Shown in pieces: positions 1-13,260 of a stretch of DNA of 64,000 bases. How positions within the stretch are numbered: the first letter of the stretch is position 1; each line of letters starts with the position of its first letter. The translations under genes and the position numbers were made by a program. The notes under the pieces are model-generated. The model saw nothing but the letters and a program-made list of their open reading frames with translations. It did not search any database and was not told the DNA's origin. Source of the DNA: the human T2T-CHM13v2.0 reference genome, Homo sapiens; the NCBI RefSeq assembly GCF_009914755.1, contig NC_060933.1. One strand, given 5' to 3'.

Positions 1-207
1 GGAAGTCAGCTTGGCAGGGAAGCTCAGAGAGGCACTATAAGTCACTATTAAGTGCCACAGTGTATGACAAAAGGCAACCAAGAAAGAACAAAGAATAGGA
101 GACCAGGACAAATAGATATGTACCAAGAGAGGTCAAAAAGCAGGTAAGATGTTTGGATATCAGGACTGAGACACAAGCAGCAAAAACTGAGTCATGTGTA
201 GAATTCA

Positions 208-557
<350 letters not shown>

Positions 558-559
558 GA

Positions 560-750
560 TTTCTTAATTTGTACTGGATACTGTTAAGTACTTTCCATAC
601 ATTGGGTCATTCAATCCTTACTATAACCCTATGAGGTAAGTCCTACATTTACCTTAATTTTACAAACAAGGAAACAAAGTCTCAGAGAGGTCAAATAACC
701 TATGCAAGGACACATTCAGCAATTGAAAGAGTTGGTTTTCAGATTCAATA
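560..750 (-). mobile_element. MIR SINE
   Basis: Reverse complement of MIR core (AACCCTATGAGGTAAG...TTTTACAAACAAGGAAACAAAGTCTCAGAGAGGTCAAATAACC). Confidence 0.8.
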
Positions 751-2297
751 ATGGCTTCTGGTTGTAGGAATATATAAATTGGACTGGGGGAGTCAGGGGA
801 TAAGTAAAATGTCACTTAGCTCCCTGTAATAAGCCTTGCAGTGCATTTCCTGGTGTGTAACGGGTATCATTTATCATTTGATCAAGATTCAGTCAATGAC
901 CTTGTTTGCATAAAGGAGATTTCAACCTAATTTCCTGAAAATCTGGTAGTTGCCTCTGCATAATCAAACAAAAAGGAGTATAGGAGTGAAAATCTTAAGT
1001 GTCCAATTTTTGGGAGACTGTTTTCAAACACGTTCCCAAACATAGTCCCGTACTTACCAAAACTGTCTTAAATTGTTGTTTAAAAATATTTTCACTTTAG
1101 AGAGGGATACTAGTTTTAACTGTTTTACTTTTAAAAATTAGAAACATCTGCCTTCTAAGCCAGGCTTTAAAAAAAGTTTTACTCTCTTATATCTGGCATA
1201 AAAGTTTTGAAAAATGAGACATTAGGACAGTGATCCTAGACTTTAAAACGTGAGAAATAATCTCACCCTGTGAGGAGGAATTGCAAGACTGAGAATGTGG
1301 AAGGGAAAGGATTGGATGGAAAGAATTTTGGATTTGGTACCAGAAGATGCAGGTTTATTTTTGTTTCCTGCTTAATCCAAACCTGAAACTGAGAATGATA
1401 ATACCACATTTTCAGAGTTATTGTGTAATTTAAATGAAATAGTGTTACACAAAATATACTGTATAAAATGTAAATTTAGTAAAGCAAATGGCAGGCATTT
1501 ATTGTTGCAACCGAATTACTAATGTTGAGGCTATATAAATAAATCTTCAATACAACTTTTATTTTTCATACTAATAATGCTTCTATCAATTTGAAGAGTC
1601 AAGAGAAGTAGCTGGTGAAAATAAGCATAGCTTGAAATATGAATTGTTAGTTGGCGAAGATGGGCCAAGACATCACACCTTCTCTTGGAGACAAAGACTA
1701 AATTACAAATTCTTCCACCTGGACTTTCAGTTGTGGGAGCTTCAAGTTTCAGAAGTAACTTCCAAGACCCACGAGAGGGAGCTCATGCACTTCTTAGGCA
1801 CTACTGGTTAGCTTTTTAATATCTTATTCAAAACAGGCAGTAGTTTGGGAGGTGAGGTGTGATGAAGAAAATGGATTAAGGGAAATAAATTCCTTCAAGA
1901 AAAATCATTGGGGAATACAAAGTTAACTCCTTTAGTGTGGTTGAAAGTGTCTGAGAAAATTCTGGCTAGAATCCCTTTTAACCAGCTCCCTTAAAGGAAA
2001 AGTAACTGCTGCAATCATTTCCAGATTAATCTTTCTGGCTTAACACCCATTCCAAACATTCTCTTCTTAGAAAAGAGCATTGAGAGATGATTATCCACTA
2101 ATGTCATCCAACTCCACTTAGCCCAGGCTGCTTTATGAGATAGCTAGGAATATCACAGTTTAGGCATTTGTGATCACAGTTGAATTCAGTTAATCATCCA
2201 GAGAGCAAGAGTAGAGTAGAGGTATATGCTTACACATTTAACAACATGCTTATTATCTGATGTAATTCTGTGGACTGTCAGAGATGAAGAAACCAGT

Positions 2298-2324
2298 TGT
2301 GTGTGTGTGTTTGTGTGTGTGTGT
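2298..2324. repeat. Interrupted (TG)n microsatellite
   Basis: tgtgtgtgtgtgtttgtgtgtgtgtgt. Confidence 0.95.
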
Positions 2325-3389
2325 CTGACTGAACGTGTGTATGGTGGAGAATTGGGATGGGTAGAATGCAGCATGAAACAATGGCAGAGGGAGAGGTCCT
2401 CAGTTTTGATGTTATTCATTTTATGACGTGGCATACTTCTAAGGTCTACAAACATGATCCAAAAGGAGATGTCTAAAAAGAACAAACCCATCTGCATGTA
2501 AAGCAACATAGTCAATAGAAGAGACAAACTTTGGCTACTAGTATTTTATTATAAATATTATATTACAATTGAAAAGTAGGTACAATTATAAATCCAGTCA
2601 ATGTATTGTAAGTATTAATTATTTCATGGAATGCTTATTTTCCAGAAAAGCTTTTTGTAAATTGAGTTGGTATCATATAAAATAGAATTTTCTCATTAAA
2701 TTTTATAATAAAATTGAAAATGCATTTCAAAGTATACATTTTTGGCTCAATTCACATTGAAATTACTAAGGCAATATATCTTTTAAAAACAAATAGTTAA
2801 AGGAAAATAATGGTTGTTTTTCACCAACCATTAACAAGGACATATTTTGCTATTAGTAAATCAGTAATGAAACAAACCACAAAATGCCAAGTCATAGGGT
2901 TGAAGTTTGAATTAAATGAAATGCAATGAGTTCAAGTTTGTTACCAGGAGAGGGCAACTGGCTACCTCCCAAAGTGTCTACACAAAGGAGTATTCACTAT
3001 TGCCTGTGAAATCAGAACCTGGGTTCATCAACCCTTTCAAAATGAATTAATCTTTCAGGGAATAATCAATATATTAATTAAATACAATGAGAAATATACC
3101 TTGAATTTTGAAATCAATATGACCAGTGAATTGTTTCATAATAGGAAAACCTCCCAGGTATGTTATGTTTAATCAAATTGTTTTATATATCTGTACAATC
3201 AGAATAAAAGGGCTGATTTGGTTAGCTAAAAGGGTTTTTGCTTTTTTCCCCCCAGCTAAGTGATTTGAAAGACTGTTTTCTACTGCAGGGATAGCTTTTC
3301 CCATGGGATAGAAATGTTTAATACCTGGGAGCCAACATCCTCTTCCTTGGATGCTGCTTGGATGGCCTTGGGGTGTGGTAGAGAGTAGG

Positions 3390-3560
3390 CACGACACTTG
3401 CTCTCAACTGATTTCCAATCTAGTGGGACAGCAGACAGTAAACAGTAAGTGAACTAAATGTGATGGTGAGAGTGCTATGGATCATATAAGAAAAGGGCGT
3501 TTCACCCAACTTGTGTAGTGGGGAAGGGTCAAGGAATACCTTCAAAGGAAACCATGTGAA
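3390..3560 (-). mobile_element. L2 3' fragment
   Basis: AATCTAGTGGGACAGCAGACAGTAAACAG...AGTGCTATGG resembles reverse L2 3' end. Confidence 0.55.
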
Positions 3561-3984
3561 CCAATTTCATTTTTATCTGGAAAATTGTGCAGGAACAATA
3601 GATATCTGTCTTCAAGAATGTTTCAAACATAGTTGGCAATAAATTCCATATTCCATATGATTGAAGGTGTGAGCAATTATTCAGCCACTTGGGCAGGATC
3701 AGATGATTTGCAATTCATGGGATCTTTCTCTTAATATTATTCAGTAATTCACCTCAACAGCATTTGTTGAACATGGCCTCCTGACAATTGGATGTGGTTC
3801 ATATTTCAACTTCTGGCTTTTGTTGATGTAGGATTCAGCTTACTGCACAGTCACTATTTTGTGGATTAGCTTACTATTGATAGGTATTACTAGTTTGGTT
3901 AATGGTTTGCCAAGGGAACCTGTTAATCAGGAGACAAAATAATATATGACTAATAAGGTAAGCGAATTACAAAACACTTTCCTT

Positions 3985-4480
3985 CAAGTGCCATATCAAA
4001 CATATGTAATCAAAATTGAACTATCAATATATCTGTCTGCAAATATGTTCCTCCACAAGCTCCACCAGGGGCATAATCATCATCCATTCAATTGCTCAGG
4101 CCAAAATCCTAGGAGTTATTTATGATTCTTTTCTTCCTACATAATTTATATCTAATTTCTCAGCAAATCCTGTTGGCTATATCTCGAAAATATGTCCCAA
4201 ATCCTGCCACTTCTTCTGATCTCTATTGCTAAAACTTTGGTCCAAGCCACCATCAATTTTCATCCAGACCTCTGCAACCAGTTGGTATCTTTTCTTCCAG
4301 TGTCCCTCTCACCCTACATACCCTGTCCTGATGCACTTACATACAATAGGCAGAAAGATCCTACATAATTTCATTCCATTCTGTTCAGAATAAAATCCAA
4401 TCTTTACCTTGGCCTATAAGACCTCATCTGGATGTGGGCCCTGCTGTCTCTCAGACCTTACTTCTCACCACTCACAACAG
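3985..4480 (+). mobile_element. L2 fragment
   Basis: ATTGCTCAGGCCAAAATCCTAGGAGT, CAGCAAATCCTGTTGGCT, GGTCCAAGCCACCATC are typical L2 motifs. Confidence 0.8.
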
Positions 4481-4863
4481 CCACCCTAATCTGTAGGGTG
4501 TATCAGAGTGCTCTGTAGATTTACATCAAGTCTAATTGGATTTATAATGTTTTTAAGTTCTTAATTTCCATGCTGATCTTGTTACTTTTACTGGGACTCT
4601 ATTTCTTCATGTGGATTTGAGTTACTGCCTAATGGCCTTTAATTTCAGCCTGAAAGATTCCAAATGTCCCTTAGACTAAATTCAATGTCTGGGTTTCAGG
4701 AACAATTTCAAATAACTATTTTCCTGAGTATGGACTGTTCTTTCTTATTTCTTTGCATTTCTCATAATTTGTTGAAAAATTAATATTATAAATAATATAA
4801 TGTAAGAGTTCTGAAAATCAGATTTCACCTCTCCCAAGGTTTTTTTGTTATTGTTTGTTGTAG

Positions 4864-5632
4864 TGTAATTGCCTAGCAGTTTCTTCCTGCTCACGGCACA
4901 TACAAAAATCAGTCCACTGAGGCTATGGCATTGCAGTAGAGAGTTTAATTGACATATTGTGGGCCCATATGGGAGAATTGGAGTTATGACTCAAATTAGT
5001 CTTCCTGAAGGATTGGAGCTTAAAGTTTTTATGGACAATTTGGTGGACAGGGAGCTAGGAAATGGGTGCTGCTTATTGGTTAAGGAATGAAATTATAGGG
5101 GTGTGGAAAACAGAATGGTTGCTGCTGATTGGTTGGGGGGTAAAACTATAGGGGTATTGAAAAAGTTCCTCCTGTGCTGGTTCCACCTTTGGGTGGAGCC
5201 ACAGGATCAGTGGAGTCATAAGTCATGAGTCTGGGTGGGGTCATTCTGAAAGATATGTCAGAAAACCAATCTTAGGTTCTTCAATAGTGATGCTATCTAT
5301 AGGAGCAATTCAGAAAGTCACAAATCTTGTGCTTACTGGCCACATGATCTCTGAGCAGTAAGACATTATAGAAACTATAGCTATTTTATGAGAATTCAAG
5401 CCACTGTTATAATCCAAACATTGTAGGCTTTTGTTAGTTTTACAAAGGCAGTTTAGTTTTGGGAAGGGCTGTTATCATCTTTGCTTTAAGGTAAAACTAT
5501 GAACTAAATTCCTCCCCAAGTTAGCTTTGTCTACGCTCAGGAATGATCAAGAACAGCTTGGAAGTCAGAAGCAAGATGGAATCAAGTATGTCAAATTTCC
5601 CTTACTGTCGTAATTCTGCAAAGACAATTTCA
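4864..5632 (-). mobile_element. Solo ERV1 LTR, LTR8 family (LTR8A/B-like)
   Basis: TG...CA termini; minus strand starts TGAAATTGTCTTTGCAGAATT...TCCATCTTGCTTCTGACTTCCAAGCTG like LTR8; 4-bp TSD GTAG at 4860-4863 and 5633-5636. Confidence 0.85.
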
Positions 5633-8600
5633 GTAGTAGTTCTTGTGTGTGTATGTGACTTTTCTAAATTGATTATATAAAGTCTGTATTCTTTGTCATG
5701 TGTAAACCTGAAGTCTCTGCTTTGTTAGCTTAGTTGTGAGTTGATAATTGGAAAGAAAATTTTTTGAGTTCCTGAAACCAGCACGTCTCCCAGTCTTTGC
5801 CAAGTGGCTGTCTGTGCACTTTAGGGCATGAATTTAACACTCAGTGAAACTCTTGGTATCTTGTTTAATCCACATTTGCTGCTTACATACAGCGTCTTGA
5901 GCAGTCTCTGCATGTCTTTCCTGACTGAGCATATGCAAAACTGTGCACAGCTCTGGACATGGATGTGGACTTCTAGATTGCCAGGGACATGTCAGAGCTT
6001 TCAAAACCCCTATGGAGATTTTAATCCCCAGCTGTTTCCTTTTCAAGCTTTTTGGTTAGTCTATTATTTCTCTCAATTGTTATCAACTACTTTAGACAGC
6101 TGCAAAGTTAATCACTTGCCTGAAATTGTTTTCAGCAACACCTTCTCATCTGTGGAAAAAGAGCTTTTTGTACTGGGGGAAGTCCAAACCAGGTCCAGAT
6201 AGGTCAAATAATGAAAGTTCTCTGTTAATGGGGTTTTGAAAGGTCCAGCTGTGTTCTATCTTTAAAGTACAAAAAATGCAGATTGTAATTTTTCAATGCT
6301 ACTGTGGAATTGAAGAGCAGGGGATAGGATCGGGTTAAGTTAAAACACCACAGATGTCACCGGTGAGTTGTTTTTCTTGAGTACATATTTCATAGATTGC
6401 CGCAAAACTTTAATGCCCAGAGTTCTGAAAAGGTGTATTTTGACATTTTTTGGTCCAACATTTTGTTTTTATGAGGAGATAAATTTTGGAGGTTCTTATT
6501 CTATTTTCACTTGGCTGTTGTGACCTGGCTGCTGTTGATTTCTTTATGACAATTTTAAAGCCTGCTAGTTTATCAAATTCTTTTATAGTTTGAGTTACTA
6601 TTGTTAATGATTCTCTAAAGGCTTTTGTAATCATACCCTCTGCTAACAGAGATAGTTTTACTTAGTCTTTACCATTTTTTATGCCTTTAATTGACTTCTT
6701 TTGCTTAATTGCCTTGGTTAACACATACATTTCAATGTTGCATAGTAGTGGAGACAGTGGTCAACCGTTATCTTGTTTTTTGTGTTAATGGAAATGCTTC
6801 TAGGGTTTTGTCTTAGTAAGATGCTGGCTTTTGATGTATTTTATCATGTGAATAAAGCATACTTTTATTGTTATTTTGTTGAATATTTTATCAGACACTG
6901 GTGTAGAATTTTGTCAAAGGCTTTAAAGCATCTCTACAGATGATTAAATTACTTTCTCCCTTAGATCTTTAAGATACTGTATTATATTAATGGTCTGTCA
7001 CTTATTAATGATATTCAATATTGAGTCAGTTTGCATTTCTGGATTAAATTTTACTTTCTTAAAGTCATATTGTATTTTGTTTGCTAATATTTTAGTTAGA
7101 ATCTTACATCAATATCCATACATTATATCAATCTGCAATTTTGTTTTTTATAGTATTTTATCAATATTTTACTTGATTTTCTGTATTTTAAATGTTCTGG
7201 AACAATTTATGTAGCATTGAGACCATCTAATTTTTGAAAGTTTGTGGAAGTTTACTTTTGAGTCATCTTTTTTGGTACTGTATGGCCAGGTAGTTCTTTG
7301 AAAACTTACTGTTTCTTCCTGAGAAAATATCCAAGTTTTGCCTTCTTTTTCTGATGTGGTCAAGTTTAGTAAATGCTAGTTCTTCAAGAACTTATCTTTT
7401 TGCTTTATATATTCAAATTAATTATGTCAAGGTTACATAGTGGCTTCTTACAAAAATATTATGTTTAAATTATTGTTTCTTGTTATAATTTCTCATTTTA
7501 ATATTTATGATTTCTCATTTTATTTTGGTTCACCCATTTTTTCTAAAAATGATTATTTGAAGTCAATTTTCTATTCTCTGCCTTATTAATTTCTGATTTT
7601 ATCTATATGTTTCTCATCTCATGTCTTCATTTGGTTTATTTTCTTGTTTTTATTCTACCTCTGTGAGCTTCAAATTTACCTGATTTACTTTTATCTTTCA
7701 TTTTTATTGGTCAAAGTAATAAAGGCTGTAGATTTTCTTCTCATCATTGCTTTAAATATGTCTCACAGATCCTCATTTCCAATGTTTTAACTATGATATT
7801 TTGGGAAAAAATCTGTTATTTTGGTATATAATTCTCTTTGCTCAGAGGAGATTTTTAAATAAAAATAATTTCTGGCTGATAAGATGGTTTCACTTATTTT
7901 TTGAGAGAATTTATCATGTGTTTGTTTGGGGATCTGTGAATTTTACATTAATATTTTTATTTTATAGAACTTACTAATATCTTCTTTGTGACTTAATGTA
8001 TAATCTTTTGTAAATGTTCCATAAGTGCTTGAAACAACAGTACATTTTCTTTTATGAACATATAAAAATTTTTAAGTATTCATTTTTATATTGTTTATAT
8101 TATTCATATCCAACCCTTCCCCTTGATCTCTTTGTTAATGAGTGTGACATATTACATTTTCCTATTATTAATGTGTTTGTATTTATATCTTCTTTATGCT
8201 TTGTAACTTTTTGCTCTTTAAAGATTGGTATATTATGTAATGTTGTGTAGACATTGCATCAATATTTGCATAGATATTGTGTTGTTACATCATATTTTGA
8301 ATTGTGATTTTTAGTGCTAACAGTACTTTTTGCATTTAATCATTTTATTTTTGGTTTAATTTCTACTTTGTTATCAGTATTATTATCACTGATTTCTTAT
8401 TGTTTTTATTTATTTGCTATATTATTGCCCATCTTTTAGCTTTCCAACATTATTTTGCTTTAGATATATCTCTTGAATTTGTATGTCAGTCAACCTTTGG
8501 TTATTGAGGTTTAGCTTCCAGTAGATTCCTAAAGAATGGCTTATGGGTACAGAATTTTTAAAACTCTTGCAATTTAAAATCTGTTTTCTATAGCTTGATA

Positions 8601-8899
8601 CTTGAAGGGTATAAAATATTTTATTCATACTTTTATACCTTGAGTTTGTCGAAAATGCCTTTTTATTATTACTTTGCTTTGTATGTTGCTTTTGGGAAAT
8701 ATGATGGCAGTCTAATTCATGGTCCCTTGTGTGAGTATTTGATCATTCTTTTAAAATTGGGGCCCTAAGATTTTTTATTTATATTTAAATCTATAGTCTT
8801 ACTAGAATATATCTTAGAATTTATCATTGTATGTCAGCATTCCCTTGTCATCAGTGAGTCCTTGCAATAAATAGAATCTGATATTTAAATATATATTAA

Positions 8900-9282
8900 T
8901 AAACTTCTTAAGAACAGTTTTAGGTTTCTGGAAGAATTGAGTAAAAAGGGTAGAGAGTTGCCATATATTTTCTCTTCTTCTCTTCTCCCCTCTTCTCACA
9001 GTTTTTTCTATTATTAATATATTGTTTTAGTGTGATACATTTGTCACAGTTGATAACCAATAATGACATATTAACTAAAGTTCATAATTTACAATAGAGT
9101 TAACTTTTTGTGTTTTGTATATCTATGGGTTTTGACTAATGTATATTATGTAACCACCACTACAGTATCACATAGAATAGTTTCATTGCCCTGAAAATGG
9201 TCTGAGCTCCACCAGCTCATCCCTCCAACTTCCAAACCATAGCAACTACTGATCTGCTTACTGTGTGTATAGTTTTGTCAGT
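8900..9282 (-). mobile_element. L1MC1/2-like 3' end
   Basis: GAACAGTTTTAGGTTT...TACAGTATCACATAGAATAGTTTCATTGCCCTGAAAAT typical of L1MC 3' UTR. Confidence 0.7.
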
Positions 9283-10335
9283 CAGGTATTTTATTTTTAA
9301 TTCTTAGAAAATTTTCTTTCATTATAGTTTAAAATAGTAGTTTTGTTACATTATTTTTCTGCATCAGAAACTTCAACTGTGTATATATTATTTCTTATTT
9401 GCCTGTCTTTCATTTTCTCTTTGAAATTTTTACTTACTTTTTTAAAATTCTCTTGGCCTTTTCTCTCCTTTTCTTCTATTTGCCTTATAATGTTTTCATT
9501 CAAATCTGTTCTTCTTTGGACACAAGATAATGTAGACATTTTTCTAATGTAATTTTTTTCTTTTTATTGATTTTCTCAGTAAAATAAACTCTTATTTTAT
9601 GATTTTCTCTTTTTTGTCCATTTCTGCTCTTAGTTTTTGAATTGCTGATTCAGTGTTCTCTCATACCCCCCAATACTTATTTGAATATATTTAATTCAGT
9701 TTGAAGTGTTGTATTACACATCTCTTCTTCAGCATTTTGGGGGGAAGAGTGAGGAGAAACTTTTATCAACTAACTTTGTTTAATTCTCATTTTCTGTTTT
9801 ACTTATTGTAGTATTTTTATAGATAAGGACTTTTTGGTGTGTGCTTCTAAATTTATATAACAAAGTTAAGAGTTTGAGTAGGTTACAAGATTTCTATTTC
9901 AAGATATCACTCTTCTAACTGTAGGAAAGTTGGTTTATTTTATTTTTAATTGGACGTTTTTGAGACAGTAGAGGAGGAAAAAGGACATTTGGTATTTATT
10001 CTTCTACTCACAGGTCATTTGAAATTTGATATTCCTTGTCTTCTAATTGTATTGAGGGAGTATGTTTTCTGTAGCTTTATGATATTGTTTATTCTATTTG
10101 GGAAGAAATGGAGAATATTGCTTTTACATGGCCACCATTGCCTTAACTACCCAAAATTCTTCTCATTTTACTTTCTCTGGTACTTTCTGTCTTGGGTTAG
10201 TTTATCTGTGACATACCTTTTGAAAGGCAATGCCCACTTCCCTTAATAAAATAAAACTTTGTCCCTGAGTGTTATAGTGAGAGGGAAAGGCTTCATGTAG
10301 AAAGATCAGCTGGACCATCATACCCCAGTCTTGAC

Positions 10336-12662
10336 CTTCCCCAAATCTCACGTTGAATTGTAATTCTCAGTGTTGCAGGAGAGGACTGGCTGGAGGTGAT
10401 TAGATCATGGGGGTACTCTCTATTGTTTTAGCGCCATCCTCCTAATGTTGCTTGTTTAAAAGTGTGTAGCACCTACCTCCTCTCCCTTCCTTCTTCTTCA
10501 GCAATGTAGAACATACTGGCTTCCTCTTCACCTTCTGTCATAACTGTAAGTTTCCTGAGGCCTCCCCAGCCATGCTTCCTGGACAGCCTGCAGAGCTGTG
10601 GGCCAACTAAACCTCTTTTTTAAAATATAAATTGCCCACTCTCAGGTAGTTATTTATAACAACTTGAAAATTGGCTAATACAGAAAATTGGTACTAGAGA
10701 GGCAGGCCATTGCTATAAAGATACCTGAAAATGTGAAAGTCACTTTAGAACTCGGTAAAAGGGCAGATGTTGAAACATTTTAGAGGGCTCAGAAGAAGAA
10801 AGGAAGGTGAGGAAAAGTTTGAAACTTGCTAGAGACTTGTTGAATGGTTTCAACCAAAATGCCAATAGTGATATGGACAGTGAAGTCCAGGCTGAGGTCT
10901 TAGATGGAGATGAGGAACTTACCAGGAATTGGAGTAAAGGTCACTCTTGCTATGCTTTAGCCAAGAGACTGACCGCATTGTGCCCCTGCTCTAGGGATCT
11001 GGTGAACTTAGAACTTGAGAGAAATGATTTACAGTATCTGGCAGAAGAAATTTATAATAAGCAAAGCATGCATTCAAGATGTGGTCTGTCTGCTTCTAAG
11101 AGCATAATCTCAAATGCGAGCACAAAGAGATGATCTGAAACTGGAGCTTATATTTAAAAAGGAAGCCAAGCATAAAAGTTTGGAAAATTTGCAGCCTGAC
11201 CATGTAGTAGAAAAGAAAAACCCATTTTCTGTGAAGAAATTCAAGCTGGCTATAGAAATTTGCATAAGTAAAGAGGAGCTGAATGTTACTAGCCAAGACA
11301 ATGGGGAAAATGCCTCCAAGGCATTTCAGAGACCTTCACGGCAGCCCCTCCTGTCACAGGCCTGGAGGCCTAGGAGGAAAAAATGGTTTCTTGGGCCAGA
11401 CCCAGGGCCTTGTTGCTCTGTGAAGCCTTGGGACATGGTGCCCTGCATCACAGCAGCTCCAGCTCCAGCTGTGGCTTAAAGGGGCCAAGGTACATCTTGG
11501 GCTGTGACTTCAGAGGGTTCAAGCCCCAAACCTTGGCAGCTTCCATGTGGTGTTGGACCTGTGGGTGTGCACAGGATTAGAGTTGAGGCTTGGGAGCCTC
11601 TGCCTAGATTTCAGATGATGTATGCAAATGCCTGGATGTTTAGGCAGAAGTCTGCGGAAGGTGAAGAGTCCTCATGGAGAACTTCTACTAGGGCAGTGCA
11701 GACAGAAAATGTGGGACTGGAGCCCCCAGACAGATTCCCCACTGGGGCACTGCATAGTGGAGCTGTGAGAAGAGGGCTACTGTCTTTCAGACCCAGAGTG
11801 ATAGGTCTACCGACATCTTGCACTGTGTACCTGGAAAAGCTGCAGGCACTCAATGCCAGCTCATGAAAGCAGCCATTGGGGCTGTATCCTGCAGAGCCAC
11901 AGAGACAGAGCTGCCCAAGGTCTTGGGAGTCCACCCCTTGCTTCAATGTGGCTTCGGTGTGAGACATGGATTCAAAGAAGGTTATTTTGGAGCCTTAAGA
12001 TTTAATGACTGCCCTTCTGGGTTTCAGACTTGCATGGGGCGTGCAGCACTTTGTTTTGGCTGATTTCTCCCTTTTGGAAAGGGAGAATTTACCCAATGCC
12101 TGTACCCCATTGTATCTTGGAAGTAACTGACTTGTTTTGATTTTACAGGCTCATTGGTGGAAGGGACCTGACTTGCCTCAGATGAGACTTTGGACTTGAA
12201 CTTTTGAGTTAATGCTGAATGAGTTAAGTCTCAGGGAACTGTTGAGAAGGGATGATTGTATTTTGCAATGTGAGAATAACATGAGATTTGGGAGGAGCTA
12301 GGGGCAGAATGATACTGTTTGGCTCTGTGTCCCCACCCAGATCTCATGTCAAATTGTAATTCCCAGTGTTGGAGGAGGGTCTTGGTAGGAAGTGATTGGA
12401 TCACTGGGGAGGTTTCTATTGTTTTAGCACCATCCCCCTAGTGCTGCTTGTTTAAAAGTTTGCAGCACCTCCCCACTCTTTTTCCCTTTTTCCTGCTCCA
12501 GCCATGTAGGACATGCCAGCTTCCACTTCCCCTTCTGCCATGTTTGTAAGTTTCCTGAGGCCTCCCCAGCCATGCTTTCTGTACAGCCTGCAGAACTTGA
12601 GCAATTAAACCTCTTTTCGTTATAAATTACCCTTCATAGCAATGTGAAAATGGACTATTATA
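10336..12662 (+). mobile_element. MaLR element, MSTA/THE1D-type: LTR (~10336-10682), internal (10683-12309), LTR (12310-12662)
   Basis: Two homologous ~350-bp LTRs; internal part begins GAAAATTGGTAC and ends GGGGCAGAA before TGATACTGTTTGG; fragmented MaLR internal ORF explains the ORFs at 10807-12063. Confidence 0.92.
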
Positions 12663-12929
12663 AGAGATTAATCTTTAGTTGGGAATATTTTACTGTTACT
12701 GTTATCCCACTTTGCTGGCCTCAAAGGAAAGGGTCTCTTCCTTTTAGCAAGATTGCTAAATACCTCATCAGGCCCTTGATTTAGTATGCAGGTTCTTAAA
12801 ATTAGGACAATATGTGAGCTTTATGTAGTAATAAAATTTCCTGAAATAATATGCAAATTTTCTTTTCTACCAAATGCTGTGTATGGATATTATTTGACTT
12901 CTGGGTTAAACAAAATAATTATAAAAAAT

Positions 12930-13260
12930 CTTCTTAGTGCAGTTATGGAAATCTGATATGGAGTTATATTAGATATATATTAGATGATATTTAAGAATTT
13001 CACTTGTTAATTTTTATGGCAGTACTATTAGGTATTAGAATATGGTGGAAAATGCCCTTAACTACTAAGTGATGAATACTGAAGTATTTAGGAAGAAAAA
13101 TGCCATGATGTTTCTAATTTATTTTAGAATACTTGAACAAATATGGCAAAATGTTAATCATTGATAAATAGAAGTAATGAATGAACCATTAGCATCAGGT
13201 TTCTTGCTACTGTTCTTTTCTACTTTCATGGTTGTCTGAACATAATCAAAAAAGGTTTAA
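12930..13260 (+). mobile_element. L1ME/L1MC 3' end
   Basis: ATACTGAAGTATTTAGG...ATATGGCAAAATGTTAATC motifs. Confidence 0.65.

Larger units (their letters stand above)
4490..10250 (-). mobile_element. Old L1M (L1MC/MD/ME-type) fragments, interrupted by LTR8 and an L1MC 3' end
   Basis: Long T-rich strand-biased tract; minus-strand remnant ...IKEFDKLAGFKIVIKKS resembles L1 ORF2 RT (cf. [13 protein letters not shown] in the L1PA2). Confidence 0.7.

Noticed and set aside
10807-12063. Cluster of 65-121 aa ORFs
   Set aside because: Fragmented MaLR internal ORF and its antisense frames
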